Positions 9,804-18,731 of a stretch of DNA of 50,490 bases are shown piece after piece. Position 1 is the stretch's first letter. Every line of letters begins with the position of its first letter. Under the pieces are notes generated by a model. That model had not been told where the DNA came from. It made no database searches and worked only from the letters and a program-made list of their open reading frames with translations. The position numbers and the translations under genes are program-made. Origin of the DNA: a virus (taxonomy: Duplodnaviria > Caudoviricetes); IMG/VR virus record IMGVR_UViG_3300018067_000002, positions 1 through 50,490 of that record, one strand, 5' to 3'.

Positions 9804-11248
9804 TGGGCATCCAGAGAGACTCACGGATCGAATCCCTAGGGAACGACGAACGTTCAGTTCTCGTTCTCAAGGAGATTCTCCGTGACTATAACAAGGATGT
9901 TCTTAGGATAAACGATCTTCTTCAGATTGTAAATGACCGCATATCCCCGCCTACGGGTGGGGGTGGTGTCGGTGCATCTCCTGAGCCTCCTAATTTCGCT
10001 GGACAAGTTCTTCCTTTTTCTATCTTTTTGTCATGGGGTTCGCCAGAACCCGCTGCACACATGTTCGAGATTCGTCGTAGCCCAGTTGTAGATTGGGTTA
10101 CGGCATCGTTCGTGACGCGCACTCCGTCATTTACTGTTAACCTTGCGCCTCTGCTCGTAGGATCATATTACTTTTTACTCAAGAGTATCGATGCTCTAGG
10201 TAACTACTCAATTAGCTACACGACAGTTCAATTAACAGTTCTTGCTCCAGGAACTCCTGCTGTTACAGCAACAGTTATTGACAACAACGTTCTTCTGTAT
10301 TGGGATGTTCCACAGACAAGTCATCAAATTGATCGATATAATCTTTACAAGAACGACGTATATTTCGGAACACATCGTGGCACGTTCGTTCCGATCTTTG
10401 AGACAATCTCCGGCACTTATACATACGCAATAGAAGCTGTTGATGTTGCTGGTAACGTAGGGCCAAGAGGGTCAGTAACTACAATTGTTAACCAGCCTCC
10501 AGACTTCGAGCTTGAAGATCAACGTATTACAGACTTGTATGGGACACGAGTTAATGTAGCTCGATTACCAGATGCAACGACTCCGTCTACGCCTACAAGG
10601 AAGTCTAGTCTGTTAGCTTGTGTTGATCTGACCGCTACGTGGGAACAGCATTTTACTTCTAAGTCATGGACGACGATCGAACAACAGATCAACGCTGGCT
10701 ATCCGATCTACATCCAACCGACGCTCTCAACAGGTTCATACGAAGAAGTCTTTGATTACTTAACAGAAATTCATAATACGATTGCGACGATCAATTACCA
10801 GTTTCTTGAGCACGTTGCACAAGTCGGACTTGTTATCAAGTTGGCTTGGTCGATAGACAATGTTACGTTTACTCCGTTCATAATAGGTAACTCTCAATTC
10901 ATACCACATTTTCGATACTTAAAGATGCGCCTCGAGTTTACTTGCGACAGTGATAAGGCACTGGGCGAGTTCTCGATGATTCAGATTACTCTCGACGTCA
11001 AAAAAGAAATGGACTCGGGAGAAATTATAGCTCTTGCAACTGACTTGACTGGAACACCAGTTCTGTTCACTAAGACGTTCAAGGATATCGATTCAATCAC
11101 CTGCACGGCAGATTCGATCGAACCGATTGACGTCATCTACGATTTCACAGACGTGCCCAATCCAACAGGATTCCGCGTCTTTGCAATGGATACCACAGGC
11201 AACCGAGTGACCTATCTCGTGTCGTGGAAGGCGAGAGGTATCACGTAA
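9803..11248 (+). CDS. Tail protein with fibronectin-III-like repeats
   Basis: Two LxWxxP...Y...A(I/V)DxxGN FN3 signatures (KSIDALGNYS, EAVDVAGNVG). Confidence 0.65.
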   Translation: MGIQRDSRIESLGNDERSVLVLKEILRDYNKDVLRINDLLQIVNDRISPPTGGGGVGASPEPPNFAGQVLPFSIFLSWGSPEPAAHMFEIRRSPVVDWVTASFVTRTPSFTVNLAPLLVGSYYFLLKSIDALGNYSISYTTVQLTVLAPGTPAVTATVIDNNVLLYWDVPQTSHQIDRYNLYKNDVYFGTHRGTFVPIFETISGTYTYAIEAVDVAGNVGPRGSVTTIVNQPPDFELEDQRITDLYGTRVNVARLPDATTPSTPTRKSSLLACVDLTATWEQHFTSKSWTTIEQQINAGYPIYIQPTLSTGSYEEVFDYLTEIHNTIATINYQFLEHVAQVGLVIKLAWSIDNVTFTPFIIGNSQFIPHFRYLKMRLEFTCDSDKALGEFSMIQITLDVKKEMDSGEIIALATDLTGTPVLFTKTFKDIDSITCTADSIEPIDVIYDFTDVPNPTGFRVFAMDTTGNRVTYLVSWKARGIT

Positions 11249-11976
11249 TGTGGAAGCGTTGGCATCAGACGACTCATATATGGGAACGTAGTGTTGATAA
11301 CGGTGCGAGTTGGAGTCCTTTGCCTCTTAACGCTGCGACGATTACTGAAGGGACTCTATCAGACGCGCGTCTTTCTACAAACATCGTAAGGAAGAACGTT
11401 GCTAATGAGGAGGTTACGTCAGCGCTCACAGTTAGAGGTGGTTTAGGTATAGCTGATCTCCAACTGTTTGATGTCTCCAGAAATAGGTTGTGGAGACTCT
11501 TAAGTTATCTAGACGAGTTCAAAGCCTGGGAAGGAAACAACGATAACTTTTCAGTCAACATCAATGGCCAGACTCGGACTAGGGCAGGCTATTTTGAGTT
11601 TGGTCGAGGTCAAGCTCAGGGTCAACGAGTCACTTGGGCTACGTCAATTTTGACAGCAACAGGGGTAAATTGCGGTGGTTCCATCACGGCATTTTACTCC
11701 CTAGTGGGCTATCAACTTTGGTGGTCTATATATGGTGTAAACATGAGCGTCCCAGTAGTTACTCCATATCTTTTACTTCCAATTCCTGCTGGATACCCCT
11801 CGGTAAGTCCTTACACCGATCAACCAATTATAAGAGCCTTTGTTCCGGGTATTGGAGATGAAGCAGGTTACGCTCAAATAGATCCAAATTACATACAGAT
11901 ATACCGTCCTAAAGCAGTTAACTGGCCTACAGGAATTGGGCACGTTATTGGTCAAGGCTTCTATTGGATAGGATGA
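11248..11976 (+). CDS. Putative tail fibre/receptor-binding protein
   Basis: ITEGTLSDARLS fibre motif; C-terminal LPIPAGYP...GFYWI beta-sandwich tip. Confidence 0.55.
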   Translation: MWKRWHQTTHIWERSVDNGASWSPLPLNAATITEGTLSDARLSTNIVRKNVANEEVTSALTVRGGLGIADLQLFDVSRNRLWRLLSYLDEFKAWEGNNDNFSVNINGQTRTRAGYFEFGRGQAQGQRVTWATSILTATGVNCGGSITAFYSLVGYQLWWSIYGVNMSVPVVTPYLLLPIPAGYPSVSPYTDQPIIRAFVPGIGDEAGYAQIDPNYIQIYRPKAVNWPTGIGHVIGQGFYWIG

Positions 11977-12323
11977 ACATGGCTAACACAGCATACACAC
12001 AACAAGCGTTAGCGTCGAATGCAAATTTCCAAACGCGCGTGAGGAATGCGATTTCGACGGTCGCGTGGCAGGTTCTCAATGAGCCAGCTAACACTCCGAA
12101 CAACAAGGCACGAGTGAACTACGCTCGATCCGTGATTGCCAATCTTCAGATGGCAGCGGTGACGATCTCGCCTTGGCTCGTGGATAGGCCAAATCTCTTT
12201 GGTTTTGAAACGACTTATGATTTTCCATCTGGTAATGTCGTAACAGCCTCAGGTGATGCAGACATTGAATCACAAATTGCAACCGATTGGGACGTATTAG
12301 CAGGTAACTTGGAGCCAGTATGA
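11973..12323 (+). CDS. Hypothetical tail-associated protein
   Basis: ATGA-coupled ORF in the tail module. Confidence 0.55.
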   Translation: MNMANTAYTQQALASNANFQTRVRNAISTVAWQVLNEPANTPNNKARVNYARSVIANLQMAAVTISPWLVDRPNLFGFETTYDFPSGNVVTASGDADIESQIATDWDVLAGNLEPV

Positions 12324-12511
12324 ATCAACCTTCTCAACTTGATCTTTCTCTTGAAGAAATCTACATAATCGTTGGTGAACTCGAAGTCGTCCGACGCAAA
12401 CTCAACATGCAAGTTCAGGGTTATCTGAAACAAATCGACGAGATGAGTGCAGAGATTACCAGATTGCGAGAGGAAAATGGCCGACTGGCTCAAACCGACA
12501 ATAACGAGTAA
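12320..12511 (+). CDS. Small coiled-coil protein
   Basis: Heptad pattern; ATGA-coupled. Confidence 0.55.
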   Translation: MNQPSQLDLSLEEIYIIVGELEVVRRKLNMQVQGYLKQIDEMSAEITRLREENGRLAQTDNNE

Positions 12512-13148
12512 CTACATCACGTTTGTCGACGAGGTCAAAGCTCGTGATGTTGACGCCATTACTCTGCAAGCTGTAGCCCTTGTTAATCCTCCAATATACG
12601 CCGTCAAATTGGTGCGAATGTCACCGTATCCAAATATCAGGTTTCAGGAGTGGAATGGGACAGCGTTTAACGAGTTGACTCTCTCTATACAAGGTGGAGG
12701 CACAGGCGCGAATTCTCTTGCTGGTCTTGCGTCTAATATGGGTCTGGGAACGATGGCGTATCAGAACTCCAATAACATCAGCGTTACTGGAGGATACCTA
12801 AATGGTGTGAGAATCGACAACCCTACCGTTTACGGGACATTTAATCAAAACTCTGGAGCTTACAATCTTCAGGGTAATATGAGCATTTATAACGTCACTA
12901 ACACTGGTGTCTCGTTCAATGTCTTGACAAATATTCCCAACAACTTTGCTGCTGTAATCCAACATGCTGGTATTCCCAGCCTTGGAGTGGTAATTCGTGC
13001 AGGGACGAGCAAGACAGATCAGTGTTTGAATTTAGAAAATGGAGCCGCAACGATCAACTGGTTGTTGGTTCGTGGCGATGGTGCGATGATATACAACTCC
13101 GCAAATCTAGCCATTCCGGTCGGAACAAATAGATTCGTCCCAGTATAG
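12477..13148 (+). CDS. Putative tail fibre protein
   Basis: RBS gaggaaa then ATG 12477; LSIQGGGTGANS...LGTMAYQN is a typical fibre shaft motif. Confidence 0.6.
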   Translation: MADWLKPTITSNYITFVDEVKARDVDAITLQAVALVNPPIYAVKLVRMSPYPNIRFQEWNGTAFNELTLSIQGGGTGANSLAGLASNMGLGTMAYQNSNNISVTGGYLNGVRIDNPTVYGTFNQNSGAYNLQGNMSIYNVTNTGVSFNVLTNIPNNFAAVIQHAGIPSLGVVIRAGTSKTDQCLNLENGAATINWLLVRGDGAMIYNSANLAIPVGTNRFVPV

Positions 13149-13150
13149 TC

Positions 13151-13978
13151 ATGGCTAAGCTACGTGGCTCTATTTGGATTAACGACAACCAGTTCTGCTA
13201 CATCGATGAATATGATCGAGAGTGGCGCTGGATAGGTCAACCAGTCGGTCCAACTGGTCCTTTAGTTCCAGGATCATTTTGGATGGAGTTAGACGATATC
13301 CGCTACGTGAATCAGGCTGGTAATTATGTCTATCAAATTATTGGACCAGTAATTCAGAATCATCCTACTGCACTTCGTGGTTCAATTTGGATCTCTCAAG
13401 GCTTCTTTCGATGGATTGATCGTTCTAGTAATGAGCGAGTAGCACATCAGGATGTGACCCATACCGATGGTGCTGGTGGACATTTAGACGTTCCTCACAC
13501 TGATACTGGACATGGTGACACTCATACCGATGGAACTCATGGAGACGTCCACACTGACGTTCCTCATAGTGACTTTCATGGTGATGGACATACTGATGTT
13601 CCTCATAGTGATCGTCCTCATACTGATACACACAGCGATGGGTCAATTCATAATGACCAACCAAACTATCACTTTGATTTTAATGACACAATACATAATG
13701 ATGGGGCTGGACATAGTGATATAAATGCACACGGTGACGGTGGAATTCAACACAATGATCACTATGATACTCATAACGATATAATTCATCTTGACGCACC
13801 TACAGTTATTGACCACAACGATCAAGCACATCAAGATTCTCCCGCTCAGGTCGGTCATATAGATTCCTCTCATGGGGATACGCATTCAGATGCTCCACCT
13901 ATAAGCGTCCCGCACCAGGATCACACAGATGCCTCATCAGGCGCGCATCAAGACAATCCTCAGTATATTGGACCATGA
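13151..13978 (+). CDS. His-x-Asp repeat protein (candidate radical SAM substrate / virion appendage)
   Basis: Three N-terminal (R/P)GS(I/F)W repeats, then 31 HxD motifs from residue 99 onward. Confidence 0.85.
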   Translation: MAKLRGSIWINDNQFCYIDEYDREWRWIGQPVGPTGPLVPGSFWMELDDIRYVNQAGNYVYQIIGPVIQNHPTALRGSIWISQGFFRWIDRSSNERVAHQDVTHTDGAGGHLDVPHTDTGHGDTHTDGTHGDVHTDVPHSDFHGDGHTDVPHSDRPHTDTHSDGSIHNDQPNYHFDFNDTIHNDGAGHSDINAHGDGGIQHNDHYDTHNDIIHLDAPTVIDHNDQAHQDSPAQVGHIDSSHGDTHSDAPPISVPHQDHTDASSGAHQDNPQYIGP

Positions 13979-15234
13979 CTATAGAATATTTGCCTGTCGG
14001 CATCGCGTGCAATCTCGGTTGCACTTACTGTTACCAAGATCCTATGAGGGATGCTGGCAATATCAATGTGCCTCGTAATTGGGAACGTGTTAAGGAGCAG
14101 TTGCTTGCCTATGGGAGCAGCTTCTCTGTTTTTGGAGGCGAGCCGTTACTTGCATCTATTGAGCACCTAGAAGAGGTTTGGAAATTTGGATACGAACGTT
14201 TTGGTCAGAATGGAATACAGACAAATGGATCTCTTATTACTGATGCGCATATTGAGCTTTTCAAAAAGTATCAGGTCGGTGTTGGTATATCTATTGATGG
14301 CCCTGGAGTTCTCAACAGTGCTCGTAGCTGCGGTATTGATACTCCAGCTGCTACTGACAGAACCCTGTTCGCTATTAGAAGACTGTGCGACGCTGGGATA
14401 CCTCCTTCCTTAATTATCACTATCCATCCGATCAATGCTGGTGGTGACAGACTGTTAGAGCTACTAGCATGGCTCGATAGCATGGAGAAGATCGGAATCC
14501 AATATATCAACTTTCATATCCTCGAGGTCGAGAAAGGCAAAGAGGATATGATGTTTACTGTGGAAGAAAATACAGACGTCTTTACTCGCCTCTATCTGTG
14601 GTCGAAGGCATCGAAGATGCGAGTTGAGCCGTTCTGTGACATCCGGTCTTTACTGACGGAGATACATCCACATGTCTCTTGTGTTTGGAACCATTGTGAT
14701 CCTGCTACGACGGCCGCTGTCCAGGGTATCGGCCCTGATGGGACGCGCAGCAACTGTGGTAGGACTAACAAGGACGGTGTTAATTGGGTTAAAGGGGATA
14801 CACCGGGTTTCGAGCGCTATCTCCTCTTGCGCCAGACGCCCCAAGAAGTTGGAGGTTGTAAAGGTTGCTCCTTCTTCATTTTTTGTAAAGGACAGTGTCC
14901 TGGAACTGCTATCGACGGAGACTGGCGAAACAGAACAAGAGACTGCAAGACGTGGTATGCACTCTTTGAACGAATTGAAATAGACGTCGTTCGAGACGGT
15001 CTTGTTCCAATTTCGTTAAATTGTTCTCTTAAGTCTGAAATAGAAGACGACCTTGTAAGACAGTGGTCAGGCGAAAACGCTCATCATGCAGACGTTCCGC
15101 ATGGTGACGTTCCTCATGGAGACGATCACGGAGACTCTCCTCACGGAGATGGACACTACGATACGAATCCAAAGCCGAGACAAGGTATTCCAGGAGTATG
15201 GCTAGATGAACCGCCTAAACTTTTCTCTTCCTGA
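13975..15234 (+). CDS. Radical SAM/SPASM-domain maturase-like enzyme with HxD tail
   Basis: CNLGCTYC (CxxxCxxC), GGEP, QTNG, ISIDGP; SPASM cysteines SCVWNHC...PDGTRSNC...CKGCSFFIFCKGQC...DC; six HxD motifs at the C-terminus. Confidence 0.92.
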   Translation: MTIEYLPVGIACNLGCTYCYQDPMRDAGNINVPRNWERVKEQLLAYGSSFSVFGGEPLLASIEHLEEVWKFGYERFGQNGIQTNGSLITDAHIELFKKYQVGVGISIDGPGVLNSARSCGIDTPAATDRTLFAIRRLCDAGIPPSLIITIHPINAGGDRLLELLAWLDSMEKIGIQYINFHILEVEKGKEDMMFTVEENTDVFTRLYLWSKASKMRVEPFCDIRSLLTEIHPHVSCVWNHCDPATTAAVQGIGPDGTRSNCGRTNKDGVNWVKGDTPGFERYLLLRQTPQEVGGCKGCSFFIFCKGQCPGTAIDGDWRNRTRDCKTWYALFERIEIDVVRDGLVPISLNCSLKSEIEDDLVRQWSGENAHHADVPHGDVPHGDDHGDSPHGDGHYDTNPKPRQGIPGVWLDEPPKLFSS

Positions 15235-16561
15235 GTTCACTCGTATTATTTGGTCTTCTACAAAAGCACGAGCTACTTGGAAGCCAAGGATCGACGCAAT
15301 CAATAATGTCTGGCCTGAGATAGAGCGCGCCACAGTTTCTACGCAGATGCGACCTGGAGGCTTACAGTCGATTGCTCCTGAGAACTTACTGACGTTCCAA
15401 GCGAATTGCTTCAACGCGCACATGCAATACGCTATCGTCGGTCGAGAGGGCACGAGCCCAGTTTACGGTAACGCTTCACAGCCTGTCCAAGACGACAAGC
15501 CGTGGCACTACCGAGTCTACTTTGGCACAGATCCAAAGACGTTTCTACAAGAGTGGGCAGAGGGAAACCAGCTACGGATCGGAGACTTCCTCGGGTATCC
15601 TCGTTGCTGTTCGGAGTTCTTTCAGTCATGTTGGGTTAATGATGGCTGGAGAGATCTGACGTATCCGATGATGAGAAACAGCCAGAACAATGGACCATAC
15701 ACCTGTAATATCTTACTTAGACATATTGGTGTTCGTCCTGTGTTTCATCTCCCTTGCAGCTTTAATTGCGATTCTACTGGACATATTGGAGAGGAAATAA
15801 TCGAGTGCGCGTGCCAGATGGGTTTCGACATCGAAATGAGTTGGCTGAAGAACATTCTCAGTTGGCCTATTCGATGGTCGTCCATGCATGGAGTTGCTAT
15901 AATAACTACGCCGGTTGTAAAGATCATCACGTCTTCCGATGCACTAGAGGGCCGTGTAGACTTGGACAGACCGGGTAACAGCTACCCGGAGGAAGGAGCT
16001 TCAGGAAACGAGTTCCCTTTCTCCCAGGTTCCCATGTCACTATTAGAAGGAATTCGGGATACGTGGACTGACAACGGCTTCGGGTCCTTTTCAGCTATGC
16101 GAAAGGCGCACGGCTTGGTGCTGAGGACGATTTCGACGATCTACTTGGATAGTGGTAGGATTATCGATCTCGGTTGTGGCAACGGTATCCTACTTGAACG
16201 TATACATAAAGAGCATCCGCATCTGATTCCTTACGGAGTCGAATACGAGTCAGGAGCATATTCGAGAGCAAGAGAACGTATCGGAGAAGAGATTTGGTTT
16301 TACGACCTCTACGATACGGACAAATACTTGCAAGAGAACTTTCAGATTGCTATCATTTCTTTGAACCGTTTCAAGGAGATCGATGAAGAGAAGTCTGAGA
16401 TATTTCTCAAGCATCTTCGTAATCATGTCAATTTCTTAGTGGTATACTCCTATGAAGACTGGAAGCCAGATTTGGACAATCTTCTTTCTCACCACTTTCA
16501 TATGGTGGGTGTTGAAACAAATGAGGATTCTGAAGTAAGAATATTCAGACCGAGAAGCTAG
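15206..16561 (+). CDS. Cys-rich DUF483-like domain fused to a class I SAM-dependent methyltransferase
   Basis: LGYPRCCSEFF and HLPCSFNC in the N-terminal half; IIDLGCGNG motif I and YGVE motif II in the C-terminal half. Confidence 0.7.
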   Translation: MNRLNFSLPEFTRIIWSSTKARATWKPRIDAINNVWPEIERATVSTQMRPGGLQSIAPENLLTFQANCFNAHMQYAIVGREGTSPVYGNASQPVQDDKPWHYRVYFGTDPKTFLQEWAEGNQLRIGDFLGYPRCCSEFFQSCWVNDGWRDLTYPMMRNSQNNGPYTCNILLRHIGVRPVFHLPCSFNCDSTGHIGEEIIECACQMGFDIEMSWLKNILSWPIRWSSMHGVAIITTPVVKIITSSDALEGRVDLDRPGNSYPEEGASGNEFPFSQVPMSLLEGIRDTWTDNGFGSFSAMRKAHGLVLRTISTIYLDSGRIIDLGCGNGILLERIHKEHPHLIPYGVEYESGAYSRARERIGEEIWFYDLYDTDKYLQENFQIAIISLNRFKEIDEEKSEIFLKHLRNHVNFLVVYSYEDWKPDLDNLLSHHFHMVGVETNEDSEVRIFRPRS

Positions 16562-16572
16562 CCGTTCACCCG

Positions 16573-16959
16573 ATGAACACCTTGCGCGCCTATCAGCCGT
16601 CAGATCTTGCTGCTATCAGTAAGATTTGGGAAGACCATCACTCGTCCTTTTACGGTTTGCCAGATCGTAGGGCTGCTGTTATTGACGCCGTCGTCGAAAA
16701 CGATGGCAAGATCATAGGCTACGGACAGGTCAGACTGTTTGCTGAAGCTATGCTCTTTCTTGATATGGACGCGCCTCTGCGGTCAAGGATACAGGCGTTA
16801 CAACAGTTGATGCGTGAGGCTTTTCGTGGGACAGAACGTGCTGGTCTACGAGAGATTTACGCATTTATTCAAGACCCTGACTTCTCCTTATTAATGCAAA
16901 AGCATTTCCATTTTGTGGCAGCCGACAAACCCGGTGAGCTGCTCGTAAAGGAGCTATGA
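16573..16959 (+). CDS. GNAT-fold acetyltransferase-like protein
   Basis: LRAYQPSDLAAI...VVENDGKIIGYG; sits before the ejection proteins, as in P22/T7-like phages. Confidence 0.55.
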   Translation: MNTLRAYQPSDLAAISKIWEDHHSSFYGLPDRRAAVIDAVVENDGKIIGYGQVRLFAEAMLFLDMDAPLRSRIQALQQLMREAFRGTERAGLREIYAFIQDPDFSLLMQKHFHFVAADKPGELLVKEL

Positions 16960-18281
16960 TGGGTGGAAGCAAAACGAATAAGCAGAATCAGGCAAATCAG
17001 ACCCAGAACAACGCCTATCAGACCCAGTTCGAGAACGAGCAGCAGCAACGGTCGAAAGAGGCGTATGACCGCTCTAACACAGCGTGGGGCGGAGCCAACG
17101 ATACGTATCAAAACTTCGCAAAAGGCGGAGGCAAAGAGTTGCTCGACGGCATGGGTAACTACCAAGCCGGTGGCGACGGCGGAGCGGCTGGCGATCCGCG
17201 CTTCGGTGAAGTCGAAGGTTCGTATCGGAACTTCATGAACACTGGTGGCGTGGATACAGGCAGGTTCAATCAGTTCCAAGGGAACCTCCTCGACATTGGA
17301 GCCACAGGTGGATGGGATCAGGCTGCGCGTGACAACGTCAACAGATCGATAGCTGGCTACCAGAATTTCGCGGACACTGGAGGAGTCAGTGCCGAAGATC
17401 AAAACCGAATGCGCGGCATGGGTATTTACGACGAGTGGTCAAAAACCGGCGGCGTATCAGATGCTGATAAAGCTAATATCCGTGCTCGAGGCAACTCGGT
17501 TATCCCCGCATTCTACAATCGAGTACGAGAAGAAAGCAACAGGCTCGGTCGTGTGCAGGGTGGTGGAGGACCTGGACAAGCAGCACTGATGTCCCGACTC
17601 GCCCGCGATCAATCGAGAGGCGCACAGAGCGCTGCGCTCCAGACTGAGGGCGGACTAGCTGATACGATCCGTTTAGGCCAGAAGTGGGGCACTGAGGGGA
17701 TGGAACGGTCTGAGGCTGGGCTGCAAGAATTGCTCTCCAAGAATAAGCTCGCTGGCATGGGCGGCGTAGCAGACGCTACAGGTTTGATGGCAAACTCGAT
17801 TGCTCAGAATCGGACTGCTGCGTCAGCTGCTGGAGGTGGCAATGAAATCGGAATGCAAGGACTCATTTCCGGAAACAAACTCCAGGGAACTCGGGGACTT
17901 GAGGGAATGGCTGAGTCATCAGCTGCACGAGGGGCAGCTTCTAGTAACGCTGCTGCTGCAGACGCGAGATGGAGAGCTTCATTCCTTGCAGATAATATGC
18001 TTGCCGGAGCAGGTGGGCTCCGTGGTCTCAGAACTGATGTCCCCGGAGAAGTTGCTCTCTACGATCAGAACCGCCTCAACAGCCGACAGATTTGGAACCA
18101 AGGGAATCAGATAAATCAGCAACCCCAAGGCGGAGGAACTGATTGGGGCCAAGTCGCTGGAGCCGGAGCTAACGCGGCTGCAACATACTTCGGTGGTCAG
18201 ACAGGCAACACCGGAGTCAACGGTAGACCGAGAAACCCCTACGGCTACGACCAAGCCGAAGGCTATTACGGACCTGGTTAA
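16956..18281 (+). CDS. Putative DNA ejection/internal virion protein
   Basis: MGGSK start; Gly/Gln/Ala/Asn-rich. Confidence 0.55.
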   Translation: MMGGSKTNKQNQANQTQNNAYQTQFENEQQQRSKEAYDRSNTAWGGANDTYQNFAKGGGKELLDGMGNYQAGGDGGAAGDPRFGEVEGSYRNFMNTGGVDTGRFNQFQGNLLDIGATGGWDQAARDNVNRSIAGYQNFADTGGVSAEDQNRMRGMGIYDEWSKTGGVSDADKANIRARGNSVIPAFYNRVREESNRLGRVQGGGGPGQAALMSRLARDQSRGAQSAALQTEGGLADTIRLGQKWGTEGMERSEAGLQELLSKNKLAGMGGVADATGLMANSIAQNRTAASAAGGGNEIGMQGLISGNKLQGTRGLEGMAESSAARGAASSNAAAADARWRASFLADNMLAGAGGLRGLRTDVPGEVALYDQNRLNSRQIWNQGNQINQQPQGGGTDWGQVAGAGANAAATYFGGQTGNTGVNGRPRNPYGYDQAEGYYGPG

Positions 18282-18284
18282 GTC

Positions 18285-18731
18285 ATGGGATTCTGGAAAA
18301 AGTTCGCCAAAATCGCCATACCTATCGGAGCAGGAGCAGCGACACTTTTCACCGGAGGTGCGGCTGCTCCACTCCTAGGCATGGCTCTCGGTGCGGGTTC
18401 CGGAGCGGCAATGGGCGCTCTAAACGGTCAGGGCTGGAAAGGCTCCCTGATCAACGCTGGTATCGGAGGTGCGCTCGGTGGAATCGGCGGTGGCGCACTC
18501 AAAGGCATGGGCGGACTTGGCAAGAATCTGACAAGTGCAGCCAAGTATGCTCCGTCTGCTGTCAAAGCTGCACAAGGACTTGCCGGTGGACCTGCACAAC
18601 AGCAAGTCGCAGGCATGGCAGGTCCGTCACCAGTCCAAGTTGGTGGCGCACAGGGCTATCTCAATCCACTCGGTTTACAGGCACAGCGACGAACAGATTT
18701 AGCAGGAATGGGGACGAGACAATATGCCTAA
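18285..18731 (+). CDS. Putative ejection (pilot) protein with Gly-zipper segments
   Basis: MGFWKKFAK followed by GxxxG-rich hydrophobic stretches. Confidence 0.55.
   Translation: MGFWKKFAKIAIPIGAGAATLFTGGAAAPLLGMALGAGSGAAMGALNGQGWKGSLINAGIGGALGGIGGGALKGMGGLGKNLTSAAKYAPSAVKAAQGLAGGPAQQQVAGMAGPSPVQVGGAQGYLNPLGLQAQRRTDLAGMGTRQYA

Noticed and set aside
13975-15234. QueE/MoaA-type DNA-modification or anaerobic sulfatase maturase role
   Set aside because: No que/dpd or sulfatase genes; the tail-module context and shared HxD motifs point to a protein substrate, though this is not excluded.
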